64,000 nt of DNA from Schizochytrium sp. TIO01 (lineage: Eukaryota; Protista; Bigyra: Labyrinthulomycetes): assembly GCA_004764695.1 (NCBI GenBank), contig SMSO01000036.1, positions 1,550,001-1,614,000 on the forward strand, read 5' to 3'. Below, one piece after another: positions 34,109 through 45,699 of this stretch. Both the position numbers and the translations under genes were made by a program. Below the pieces are notes generated by a model, which saw nothing but the letters and a program-made list of their open reading frames with translations, did no database searches and was not told the origin of the DNA. How positions within the stretch are numbered: position 1 is the first letter of the stretch; each line of letters opens with the position of its first letter.

Positions 34109-34226
34109 TTACTTTCCCAGCACACATAGCAGTGGTTGCATTTGTGTCTGGTTTCTCTTTTCTCGTTTGAAAGTAAAACTATCTTCCTTTCCTGGATTAG
34201 GCAGCGCTTGCCGGTTACTCACTTTC

Positions 34227-37200
34227 TCAAGCGCTGGACTCTTCCTGTGGGAGTGCGACGACCTCTTTAATTTCAGCATCCAGCTCTACCCAGCTCTGAG
34301 GAAAGAGCTCACCAGAGATTACACGTTTGGCCATATCCAACTTGGGTTCTTTGTGCAAGGGATTATTACAGAGATCAATTGTCTTGGCATCTTTCTTGGA
34401 GTCGTCTGAGCACCAGCTCTCGCACCATAACCATTCCTGCGGAAGACTTTTTATGGGGACCATATGTTGTGCATAATTAGGAAGATCCTGATCCAAATTA
34501 CTCAAAGAGTTTGGATCCCTACTGAGCTGATCATACAAGGCCCTTAACCGGTCGCCAACCATATTGCGACGGAAGCGCTTCAGATCCACAACATAGAGAG
34601 CAGAAATATGGTAGGGAAGCTCCCGAAGATGGTCTTTCCAATATCCTGACCGCCAGAACTGAAAACCAAGGGTTTCCTTGCGTGAAGCGCAGAATGGAGT
34701 ATACCCGTATGGCTTGCCTTCAAGATCCATATCCCAAAGCTCTTTCAGATCTGCACGAACAACTTGGTCAGCATCCACATATATCACTTTTGGTACATCC
34801 AGCGGAAATAATACATCAAGGAACAGAATCTTGTAGCCCCAAATGATTCTTTGCTTTTCTGTCTGGCGACGTAACCATTGGGGCCATTTGTAAGTAACCA
34901 AAGCAACTTCAAAGCCGTATGCTTCCGTGAGTGCCCCTAGGCTTACCTTGAAGTCCGGAGACAGGAAATTTTCGATCAACCAGAACTTCACTGGATTTTT
35001 CGTTGCCTTTGTCACGCTCACCATCATGATGCGCAAGAAACGCTCGTACAAAGCACCAGATGCCAGCGAAAAAACATGGATTGTCTCATTTTCTGATGAT
35101 GGTCTCAGTGGAGGAGACCCTATCGGCTTGACAGAATATTTGCTTGTGGTGCTAGCTGCTTGCGATAGACCTAGAAACTCTGAAGCTCTGCGAATTATCC
35201 ATTCCCACATTGACTCAGATTTAGTACCAGGCATAACCACTGATGAGGCTTGCTTCCTTGCATTCCAGTCCGCCTCATGAGGGTTGTTCTGGTTTTTGTC
35301 TTCGTCGACGTTTTCAAGAGAGTCAAGCAGAGATGCGCTTTCTTGGCCGGGGCGCTTTCTTGCTAGAATTGTATGCGCATCACTTGTAAATGTTCGAAGC
35401 ACCACTGTTGTCTCGTAATCCTTACTTAGTCCTCTGGATGGGGTTAATTCCGGTGACTGGATCATGTAAATGTCACGAGAAGGACCCTCTGCTAAGCTTA
35501 GCTTCCATACACCAGGCCCAGCCTGTAGCTGCATGTATCCTAGGTTTTTCATCACAAGAGTATCAGATGCAACTGTGCTCTGAGGATCCAGAGAGTGTAA
35601 TTGCACTTGGAGCCCTGCTGTAGGTGCGTGCGTCTGAGCATCGGCACAATGCCCTGTTACGAGAAGTTTACTCAAGACAAATCGGACAGTAGAGCGCTTG
35701 GATTTGGCCCTACCCAGTCGGATATTATCTGTGTCGAGTCCAGCAGTGTGCTGGGGGTATACGATCCATGGTTCGGGAGTGAACACCTTCAAAGTCAAAA
35801 TTTGTTCCTGAGGAAGTCCATAAAACCTCGCTGCAGGTGGCTCCTCAGCACGGTATAAGCCACCCTGAGCTGGATCTGGCTCGTTGTTTGCAGCTAGAAA
35901 CCGGAAGTAACTTGATAAGGGAAACGCAGAGATTGATGATTTAGGGGTCAAGACCAGGTCCACATGCGCTTGTAATTTATCACGAAGTACTCGAACAACA
36001 CCAGCCACACGTGGAGCAGCTTCAGAAAGAGGGTCGATCACTACCTGAATAACTAGTCTGCGTACGTCATCCTCGCTGGTGGAGAAACATAAATGCCCGA
36101 AAAGCTGTCGAAGGCGGTCCATGGGTAAGTTCCCGCGACCAGGTGTAGCCTGCATTGCGGCCAAAGGCGACAAGCTCATAATAACATCAGCCGTGGCACT
36201 TTCAGACTTCAAGGCGCGTTGAACAATAGCCGAGCGCGATGAGCGCTCGTGGCTGACAAGAAGCTCGAAGTCGTTTGAAGTCATTGATACAGACTCGGAA
36301 CTTGCATCAATTACGCGACCATTTGCAATAATGCTGAGCGGAGCAACTTTCCATGAACTTATGTGAGCACTGAGTTCAGTCATCCAGGGTTCTGCAGAAA
36401 GAACGGGGATTGCTGCTGCCTCTGTCTCAGACAGCAGTGCGTCGACACCAACGACGTCCTCCTCCATGAGCGCCTGAAGCACTGCAGCAAGACGACTGTT
36501 TTCTCCATAGATTTTCATTGGGAGCACAGCAACACGGACGTTCTCTGGCCTGGTGCTCGTGAATTCAACCAGATCGCGAAGGATGTCATTTCCACGGGTT
36601 GAGGCCATACTTACCTCGTCAATACACAAAAAAATAGTGACGTCCGCACCTGGAGCATCGTAAAAATAATGCACAAGGTCGGTCCTAAGAAAGGAAGGAA
36701 TGGGCATGAAGGTTGACTCGTAATTGCTAGCTAAAACTACCTCGTTGAATCGTGGAATTGCTTTACCATGATCTAAAATGTATTTGAGAACATTTGTCGA
36801 ATCTGTAACTTGTTGAAGATGCACCTGATACATCAGCACTCTTTGCTCCTTAAAGACCTCTTGGAAAAGTTGCGATTGAAATTCATCCGTACCAGGATAA
36901 ACTAGGCCGTTGAGAGTCCAACACGGAGCTTGGAGACCCTTCTTTTGAACAAAAACATTCATTCGATCCATAGTAGAGCTTGTCAACTCATTCTGAGGGT
37001 CTAGATATTCCATTGCGGCCTCTCGGTATTCTGCCTCGCTCAACCGACGACTTGAACTTGTGATAAGCGCTAGAGTCTGAGCAAAAAGTTCGACTGCGTT
37101 CGACTCAGTCAGATGTTCAGTTTGTGCCCTGCTAAGAATTCCTAGCGCATTGATACCAGCAGTGCGACCACTTGATTTCGCACCTGCAAGAAACAATGCA

Positions 37201-39358
37201 ACAAAGCACCTAGGGCCACAAATTCTATCCTCGTCATTTTTATCAATGCCTGTATTTTCTTTAGATCCAGGAACTGAGGAAAAAACCACACCAATTCGAA
37301 TTGGCATCTTCTGTTGGAGGAAATACATAGCGGCCTGAAGCGCTTTGCGGCCTTCAAGAGTCGCTGGATCAATAACCATGACAACTGTGTAAAGATTCTT
37401 TCGTACTGTCGCCAGCTGAAAAGACTGTTGCAGTAGAGCCTGAATCTGCTCTGGCCACTGTGCATACATGGGGTCCTTCTCAATATTATTGAAAAATATT
37501 ACAGCGCCTTTGGCATCTGTTCGAATATCTAAACGGCGTCCACTGCTTTGGATAATTGCATCTGGGTCATTAGATTTACCATGCGCTCCACTACCTCCAT
37601 CTGCGCTAGCAATGTGCATTGAAAGAGGTTCGATGAGTTTGCTTCCACCATCAATTATGGCCTCTGCAAGATCCTGAGCGCGAAGCTCGCCACGAATGGT
37701 CTCCATGAGAGAGAAGATGTTAAAAGACTCTGACTTTGCGTTTACTGAGACTCCGTTAACAAGAACTGTGCCATCAGGAAAATCAATGCTTCTCTCCGCC
37801 ATCTCTACCTGTTCAAGAAGGTCATCTGGAAACCGCACGTTTACTAGTGATTTTGCACGTGAAGGAAAGTTCTGAGCAATATCCTCCCAGCGAGCCAGCG
37901 GATCACTATCAGAAAGTACCTTCCATGTGGTTTGTAGTCCAAGATTTACCATATCCCATACCTTGATTTGCCCTAATTCTCCATTCTTGGATGCAGCTTC
38001 AAGTTCCTCACTTTCCAGGTCTGCGTGGAGAGCTACAAGTGCATCTTTGGCATATGGTAGTCGTTCTATCAACTTGTTAAATGAAATTCCACCCACTGGT
38101 GTGCTTAACTCTTCTAAAGAAATTTCATTGGATTGAGTGACGCGAGCATTTTCATGAGCACTGTCTCCGTCTTGATTTTTTTTGTGCGAGTCGTCATCGA
38201 CAGTCAGGTATTCCATATTCTTAATATCAAGAGCCACACCAAAACCTTGCAAAACTGTTGTGTTGATAGCAAATTTATCATTCGTTCTACCCTCACCAGG
38301 CATATGGCGTAGGATGTAAATCATATTATGGGAGGCAACAATATCTGTAAGGATCTTGTGCATGGCTTGAAAATCGGAGCTGCCGAGGACACCATGGAGA
38401 ACTGCTACCAGAGTCCGATGGTTAAGGTCTTTTTTAGAGTGTGGATGTACATGGTCTTCGCTAAAAACATCAAAAGCGTCTGGGTGAGATGGTGAAGTTT
38501 GCTCACAGTTTGCAACTTCATTCAAACGCTGCAGTTCCGCATGAAGAGACTGAGCTAGTACAGTTGGGTCCTTAACGAAAGAATGTTGCCCACAACCACA
38601 AATTCCTACCCATGCTCTGCCGTCATCAGGGAACCCATCCTCACTACCATCACTGATCCCCAGGGTGTGTCGCATCGCTAGGCCAAGTTGCCGCTGCTGT
38701 TCAATGGCAGGAGCAAATTCCCGAAGCTCCAAGGACAACCGTAAAAGATCATGTGACAGTGCCTTGACTTGATCGTCCCTTTGTGTTGCGCTTTGTTCAG
38801 CCACCAGAGATGTCCCAATATCCACAGCATCTGATAAGATAGAGCTCTGCTCGAAGGCTTTTGCTTCCCAATTTTTCTCTGTAACATGTTCCACGAACGT
38901 CCAAAATTCCTCGTTGCTTCCTAGCGCTTCACTGGTCTGTTCTCACCAAAAGATCATTTCAAAATTCAGATTAGTTCACAATCCTAGAGTACAAGACAGC
39001 CTCCATGTCAAGTCAAACATTTGACTAGATACACTAGCTTCAATTTCATGCTCAGCCAATCCTGGAGATCATTTGATCGTGATTCTACCAGGGGACAAGA
39101 TTTTCCATCGCAGATAATAGTGGCCTTCGTTCGATCACTTTGGCCATCTTGATGGCAGTTTCTCCTTAACAGAGAGGCACAACACTGACGATGTGCATCT
39201 TATAATGCCCCCATGCACAGCAAACTTACTTCGAGCAGGGGCCAGAAACGGTGAGTCGGCCATGGCACTTCAAGGCGAACCTCCAACGTGTTTTGCGCTG
39301 AGCCGAATCTTGCAACGGCGGCCACAACAAGCCAGACGGCCACCAGAGTTTGAGCCAT
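34227..39358 (-). CDS. UGGT: UDP-glucose:glycoprotein glucosyltransferase; join(34227..38936,39230..39358), 1612 aa
   Basis: Exon 1 encodes signal peptide MAQTLVAVWLVVAAVARFGSA and ...WPLLE, which splices to TSEALGSNEEFWTFVE. LQGFGVALDIKNMEY; GT24 domain IHVFSLASGALYERFLRIMM, WGYKILFLDVLFP, YVDADQ, LSNLDQDLPN, WLWCESWC. Confidence 0.97.
38937..39229 (-). other. Spliceosomal intron of UGGT (293 nt)
   Basis: GTAAGT donor, ACTAAT branch-like site, AACAG acceptor; phase 0 join supplies the signal peptide. Confidence 0.9.
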
Positions 39359-39832
39359 GGCAGCAGATATATTCTGGAGCTGCTGCTATTTGGCACAGCT
39401 TCAGTGAAGAAGTTGGCGCCTGTGCAGCCGTAGCAGAGCTCGATTTTTGTATTTGGGGTTTTGAACTTGGCGAATAGGTTAATGAATGAAGATACTACTA
39501 CTACGGTACTACTTGGCTAGCTCGCTACCTTGGTAAGCAAAGCTAAGAGATCACTAGGTGGGACTAAATGGAATTCAACAAATATCGTGCAGCTTCGAAA
39601 TATAACAGCAGGGTGAAAAGGTATGAAAATGATGTGACGGATTATTTGCACGACAAACCATGTTTGTTTGAGGTTTGTGAATTGATGAATCATTTTCAGT
39701 GTATAGTATAGATCGGTTGCTATGGATAAATTTGTTGCTTAAACGTTACTTGACTCCTGCATCAAAGAGGTATAGGCTAAAGGGCCAAGTACAAATACCA
39801 AAATATTACTCATCATTATATAGAACAGTTTA

Positions 39833-42742
39833 TTAGTCAATGGAAAAACGAGAAACAGATTGCCATAAGTTGTTGTGATGAGTGGTAGAATTGTGGTTTA
39901 CTTTAGATGCAAAAGCAGCTGCAGAATTGGATGTTTTCATATCTAAAGGAGAGCTGATAGGGCTGAAGTTTGGATTGTTTACACCTCCATATAGGTCTTC
40001 GCCTCCAATACCTTCTTCATCATTTTCAGTAACAAAGAGGTCCTTGAAGCTTTTCCGTAGACCACTTACAGGATCAATCTCGTCTTCATCCTCCTCCTCT
40101 TTCCCCTCTCCCTCGATTCGACATTCCAGATTTCTCTCAGATAAACGTTGGCGGCTGAGTTCACGTTCACGGCCCTTGGAAGGTGGCAAGGGTCCAACTC
40201 CGATAAGATCTGCCGCACTAAGCTGGAAGAACTCTGAGTCGTTATGTAAATCAGCATGAGAGAGTTGAGATGCGGAAATCTGTGTAGGAGCACGCTCCGT
40301 ATCAAATTGCACAAGGCAAAAATCTTCCGCTTCATGGATTTCAATAACAGTACCTTCTCGATCAGACGTGTCTCGTACTCGATCGCCTGGACCCAAAGAG
40401 ATCCCAGACCATTCACTCTCACTTTCCCACATCCCCGAATGAGTCTCCTTAGGCAATTTCGGATTGTTTGTGGCATCTTGCTCGGTTTGATATTTGGCAG
40501 TGTCAGTGTCTCGGACGTGCTCATTTCCTCCTATGTATTTATGTTGTTCGGCCTCATGTCTTGACTGGCGTTTTGGTTTTCGTTTTCTTCGGAGACGCTT
40601 CTGCGCTTGAAGTTCTTGAGCATGCTGCTCTTGTGCTTGCAGCATCGCCTGTGCAACGCCAAGGGTCTTTTTGCGACTGCTCGCCTCAAATTGTTCGTAG
40701 AGCCGCAAGCATGCCTTCTGAGCCTTCACACCTGTTGCTCGTAATTTTTGAAACTCTTGTTCTGCCTCCTGTTGACGAATCGCAGCTAGATTCCGGTAGC
40801 CATCAAAGCAGGCCTCGCAGACTCGAACGAGCTGGTGCTGCTCTTTTCTCTCGTCTGCAGAAATCCATGCTGAGAGTTCGTCTTCAGAGTATGCAGGCTT
40901 ACTGAGCCCTGAACTAAGATTTTGTGCATCCTCCCAGGCTCGTTGGCTCGCTCTTTGAAGAAAAATTATCCGCTTTGAGATTGGCTTGGATGCCCTGGTA
41001 ACACATGACGATCCACCGCACAAGTCACCAGCACACTTTCTTGTACATACAGTACTGTTGTCAGAAGAATGTGACGTGTCTTTACTAATAATCCGCTTCT
41101 TCCTGGGCTTTGGCAGAGGTGCAACTATAGTCACTGTGGTTCCATGGCTGCGACGTTTTGCATTCTCAGAGAGGATATTATCCTCCAATTTAAGCGCTTT
41201 CACCTGTAGCAAATGCCAATGAGACTGTTCGTCTTGGCAAAAATCTGCTGCAAGTTCGGAAAGTGGAAGCCGAGTGTTCTTTCGTAAAGCTTGAGCAAGC
41301 TCTTCAATCATTTTCGCCGGAATAGGCCACACGCTTGGAGATGCTTGAACAAGATTACATCTCTCACGTGTTGACATATCTGTGGCAAGTTCATGAACAT
41401 GATGAGGGCGCAAGTTACGTCCGTGTAATGCATGTACGGTACCTAGCGGCATGCGGAGATGTGAGAGGTTTGGTACCGTCTGGGGGTGGACGTTATTGTT
41501 ATTGTCATTGCTCCCATCTTGCGTACTGGACAACGTTTTGGGCTCAGATTGCGATCCCCGAACCCAAAGTTGGCCTACCTTTGTTGCAGTAGTAGTTGAT
41601 TGTTGAACATACTCAGAGGTACTCGTAAGAATCCAAACTGAACGGCACCCATGTTGTTGATCCCACAAAGTACGAACAATCCATGGTCTTGTACCCCTTG
41701 CCTTCTGGAATTTCTGAATGCATAGGGTCCCCGGAGCATTTCTTTCAATCTCAGATAGGATATGAGCTTTAGAGTACAGGAATATGAGGGAAGAGTGATA
41801 ACCATAGAAACGATCGATCTTAAGATCTGCATCGCGAAAACGAAAGTGACTACGTTTTGCAACAGCAATAGGGTAGCCTTCAGGGTCAGGCGAGGTTCCA
41901 AACATTGTGTCGATTGCAGCAAGTAAGTTTATGTTATCCTTGCCACGTTCAAAGAAACGCCCCGAAAAATTATTGAAAGAGTCAAGTTCAACAGAAAAAC
42001 AAGGATCACTATCGACATCAGTAGATATACCTCGTTCACGGTGTGCGACATCAAGATTTACCACAATACAAGGAAGGAACGACGGCTTTGACCAAAGGCT
42101 TGTGGGTTTGCTTTTGGTAATTTGGGATGTCTGAATGCCCGATAAGGCTTTGGCGATATGCGGCCAAAACATAGAACCCGGCTCAACTCGTACACCCATA
42201 CCTGCATATACACTACGAGGCTCAACAGACACCGGGAAATAGTGTAACCCATAGAAATGGTTTGCAAAAGTTGCAGCTGTATATAATGTGCTTGTTTCTC
42301 GATTCACAGTAGGTACAGATAGTTTTCGTTTGCTGTCCCACCGCATCCTGTTTTTTACTTGTGTAAAGTTCGAAGCTCTAATTCCAGAGTCCTCTGTCCT
42401 CTCTGTGGCGGGGTCGCTTGCATCTTCTGAATCACCAGCCATCGGCGATTGGTCATTGTTATTTTCGGAAACGTCCAAATAGGGGTTTGTAAGAATGACT
42501 TGTTTCTGTCTCTTTGCAGGTAGTTCACGCCTTCTTCTAAGAAGCTTCCTATTTGCGATGCGGTTTCCGAGCATCAAACTTGAACTAGTGCCACCTAAAC
42601 TTAGCCGTCGTGCTTTTGAATCTTGTGTTTGGTCCTCCTCATCAACCACATGTTCCTCATCGAATAAGTTGGAGAACCAAGTCTCAAAACCCCTCTTGGC
42701 ATCACCAGCAGCTGAGTTCTCCTCCGTGCGAGAAGATTCCAT
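39833..42742 (-). CDS. Hypothetical 969-aa protein with ATP-grasp-like segments, a Cys cluster, a coiled coil and a Tudor/KOW-like beta domain
   Basis: Long ORF from first ATG. CIQKFQ..WIVRTLW and LAADFCQDEQSHWHLLQVKA; CAGDLC...VRVCEAC; GPGDRVRD..EGTVIEI...CLVQFD. Confidence 0.8.
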   Translation of the reverse strand: MESSRTEENSAAGDAKRGFETWFSNLFDEEHVVDEEDQTQDSKARRLSLGGTSSSLMLGNRIANRKLLRRRRELPAKRQKQVILTNPYLDVSENNNDQSPMAGDSEDASDPATERTEDSGIRASNFTQVKNRMRWDSKRKLSVPTVNRETSTLYTAATFANHFYGLHYFPVSVEPRSVYAGMGVRVEPGSMFWPHIAKALSGIQTSQITKSKPTSLWSKPSFLPCIVVNLDVAHRERGISTDVDSDPCFSVELDSFNNFSGRFFERGKDNINLLAAIDTMFGTSPDPEGYPIAVAKRSHFRFRDADLKIDRFYGYHSSLIFLYSKAHILSEIERNAPGTLCIQKFQKARGTRPWIVRTLWDQQHGCRSVWILTSTSEYVQQSTTTATKVGQLWVRGSQSEPKTLSSTQDGSNDNNNNVHPQTVPNLSHLRMPLGTVHALHGRNLRPHHVHELATDMSTRERCNLVQASPSVWPIPAKMIEELAQALRKNTRLPLSELAADFCQDEQSHWHLLQVKALKLEDNILSENAKRRSHGTTVTIVAPLPKPRKKRIISKDTSHSSDNSTVCTRKCAGDLCGGSSCVTRASKPISKRIIFLQRASQRAWEDAQNLSSGLSKPAYSEDELSAWISADERKEQHQLVRVCEACFDGYRNLAAIRQQEAEQEFQKLRATGVKAQKACLRLYEQFEASSRKKTLGVAQAMLQAQEQHAQELQAQKRLRRKRKPKRQSRHEAEQHKYIGGNEHVRDTDTAKYQTEQDATNNPKLPKETHSGMWESESEWSGISLGPGDRVRDTSDREGTVIEIHEAEDFCLVQFDTERAPTQISASQLSHADLHNDSEFFQLSAADLIGVGPLPPSKGRERELSRQRLSERNLECRIEGEGKEEEDEDEIDPVSGLRKSFKDLFVTENDEEGIGGEDLYGGVNNPNFSPISSPLDMKTSNSAAAFASKVNHNSTTHHNNLWQSVSRFSID

Positions 42743-43260
42743 CGCTGCACGCAAGGTTGCAAGCGGGAATCACAGAGCTTTGCACGGTTGAGCTATACAA
42801 CTTTGCTATGACCATTCAAAGTAAGCAACGATTATCAGCGGGCCTATACTTTGGATACCTTCTGAATTTGTACAGATTCAATGGAAACCTATGCACCCTA
42901 TTCGAATTAACTCTAACTGCTACTGTTAGTGTTATTAGCTCTTACCATGTGGCGTAATATTATCCCTCATGATATAGATAGGCTCTCCAACGGATAACTT
43001 TTTCTATTTTTGCCACACAAAGAAGAGTGCAGATGGGTGCACTTATCACATGCTTTATAAACTTTACCTCGATGACACATAACAGAGTACGCTTCCAATG
43101 GCTTGCATAACGTTTACCATCCTGCGGAAGTACAAAGTTGCAACGAGAACAACTTAAGGAAGATTGACGACATTGTTTGACCCTGTGCTAATCGAGGCTG
43201 CAGACACTTGTTATGCCATAGGACGTAACCTCTGCCGAGGAAAGGCGCTTCGTTGGCACC

Positions 43261-45095
43261 ATGGACGAAGGCAACCATGTTTTGAATATGGTTCGTCGCT
43301 TCAAGAAGACACCACTAAAAGCTGAGGTAAGTTTCTCATTACATTCTGTCTAGGTGTATCCATCAACATCCATAGAGTCAATCGAATGCAGGTTGCAAAT
43401 TCTCCATGATGAAGCTTCTAACAGGAAAATTGCGCTAATTCTCACTACATCAATTTGAACAAACAGATCATTGAGGCGTTTGTCGATGTTGACACAAACT
43501 CTAGTTCACTTATTTCTAGGAGTGAGCTCCGTGATGGATTGCAGAAAAAATTCAATATTGATGTGACCGAAGAGGAGCTTGATGACGTATTCCACCGTAT
43601 GGATGTTACGGGTGACGATCGTTTAGATATCGTCGAGTTTTGTGACTTTTTAACTTCGGAAGTTGACCGTCTTCACCAAAAGCATCACCTCGCTGACAAT
43701 ATAGATAGTGAGAGTAGCTCTAGCTACAATCCTAGTGAATTGCAAACAAAACCAGTTGCTAGACAAGAAAGTACCAGTGAAGCTATAAAGGCAAAGCAGT
43801 TGCTTCAAGAAAATAGCACTGTGACACCTGCATATGTACCTGTGAGTAGCGACGAAGGTACTGATCATCAGCATCATCCGAGCGATGTGACTGTAACACC
43901 TGTCTATGTTCCTATGAACAGCGAGGAGGGCAACCATAATCAACAACAACACGACTTGGTGGCAACGCCGGTCTATGTTCCTATAAACAGCGAGGAGGGC
44001 AACCATAATCAACAACAACACGACTTGGTGGCAACGCCGGTCTATGTTCCTATAAACAGCGAGGAGGGCAACCATAATCAACAACAACACGACTTGGTAG
44101 CAACGCCAGTCTATGTTCCTATAAACAGCGAGGAGGGCAACCATGGTCAACAACAACACGACTTGGTAGCAACGCCGGTCTATATACCTATGGACAGCGA
44201 AGGGGGCAACCAAAATCAACAACAACACGCCGTAGATGCAAAACCAATATATCAACCTATGAAAAGTGAAGTAGATAAAGCGGATAAAGCTTACGATGAG
44301 GCCGTAATTGCATCACCGAAAAAAAATAATGTAGATGATGAACCTAGCAAACTAAGCCCCAGTCTTCATAGTCCTGAGGTTAAAGGTGAGCATACAGTCC
44401 AGCCGATAGCGTCAAACAAAGTATCAACTATTTTAGATGATACAAACGCTGAAATTCCGGAAGCAAAGAACCAAAAGAGCACTAAAGTTTCAGCACAGCC
44501 CCCCCCTAAATCATTTAGTATGGGTAATAGTAAAGTCTACCCAGAGCAGGTCCCAAACTTTCACATTCATATCAAGCATAGAATGAATCCGTTTAGGATT
44601 TTCTGTATTACGCTTTGTGGGCTTATGTTAATCTTCATTGTGGCACTCAGTGTATCTTTTGTCAGACTCTTCAGAAGTGACGTAACAACTGGTCAGCACA
44701 CAATACAACCCACAATACAGCCAACAGACATGCCGACATCCCATAGTCCTACAATGACTCCAACGTTGGCCCCAACGTATTTCCCAACATTCGCTCCAAC
44801 ACCACCTACACCAACTCCAACAGATGCTCCAACAGATGCTCCAACAGATACTCCAACAGATACTCCAACAAATGCTCCGACACCGTCTACGCCAGCTCCA
44901 ACAAATGCTCCAACACCACCTACACCAGCTCCAACACCAGTTCCAACAAATGCTCCAACACCACCTACACCAGCTCCAACAAATGCTCCAACAAATGCTC
45001 CAACACCACCAACACCAGCTCCAACAAATGCTCCAACACCACCTACACCAGCTCCAACACCAGCTCCAACAAACGAGTCGGTACCTATAAGCTAA
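43261..45095 (+). CDS. Type II membrane protein: EF-hand pair, 23-aa Tyr-motif repeats, one TM, P/T/A-rich mucin-like stalk; join(43261..43326,43467..45095), 564 aa
   Basis: Exon 1 from ccATGG, then GTAAGT..AACAG intron 43327..43466. EF loops DTNSSSLISRSE and DVTGDDRLDIVE; TM IFCITLCGLMLIFIVALSVSFV. Confidence 0.85.
43818..44265 (+). repeat. 69-bp coding tandem repeat (about 6.5 copies; VATPVYVPINSEEGNHNQQQHDL)
   Basis: Near-identical units with period 69 (GTCTATGTTCC at 43971, 44040, 44109); flanking units diverged. Confidence 0.95.
44790..45075 (+). repeat. Coding low-complexity PT/APTN repeats (GCTCCAACA-based)
   Basis: Repeated GCTCCAACA units encoding APTNAPTPPTP. Confidence 0.93.
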
Positions 45096-45699
45096 TAATT
45101 AGTCAAAATAGGTGACTACAGGCGGCATGATGAAGATTCTGGGCTGTATTGATTTTCTAATGCCACCAATTGAAGCTAAAGCCTAGGGATGGCCATGGAA
45201 TATCTCTAAAACCTTTTTAGATCTAGTTCTGTTACAAAATATAGCATTTAATTTCAGGGCATTAGTGCAATTTGTATATATCTAATCACCTATGCATCAT
45301 GTCTTAGTGTTACTTATCAGGGATGTGAATAAGTCTGAATGCAGTTTTGCTAGCTAATTTGGAATGGTCTTCATTTCTGCGAATAAAACTTCAATTCCAA
45401 AATACGTGAAGATCACTTCTTTGAACAGGATTTCCAGGACGGGCCCATGGATTCGGTGTTCAGCAGCAACACTCCTTTTGACTAAAAATATTGCTCTTCA
45501 CACCAGGGCGCACGATTATGGCAAAGCATATTTTGGCTGAAAACATAAACAAACAATAAATATGAAATAATTTAGAACGACATTTAGCCAATGAGGAAGG
45601 CTTCAGCTAAAAATATGAATATTTTCAAGCTGCAGATTGTAAGTCTACAATACTATAAGGTAGAATGCATATAGAGGTGTTGATGGCTGGGCTAATGAT

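Noticed and set aside
43900-44230. 69-bp repeats as a CRISPR array
   Set aside because: In-frame coding tandem repeats with no unique spacers, eukaryotic context and no cas genes.
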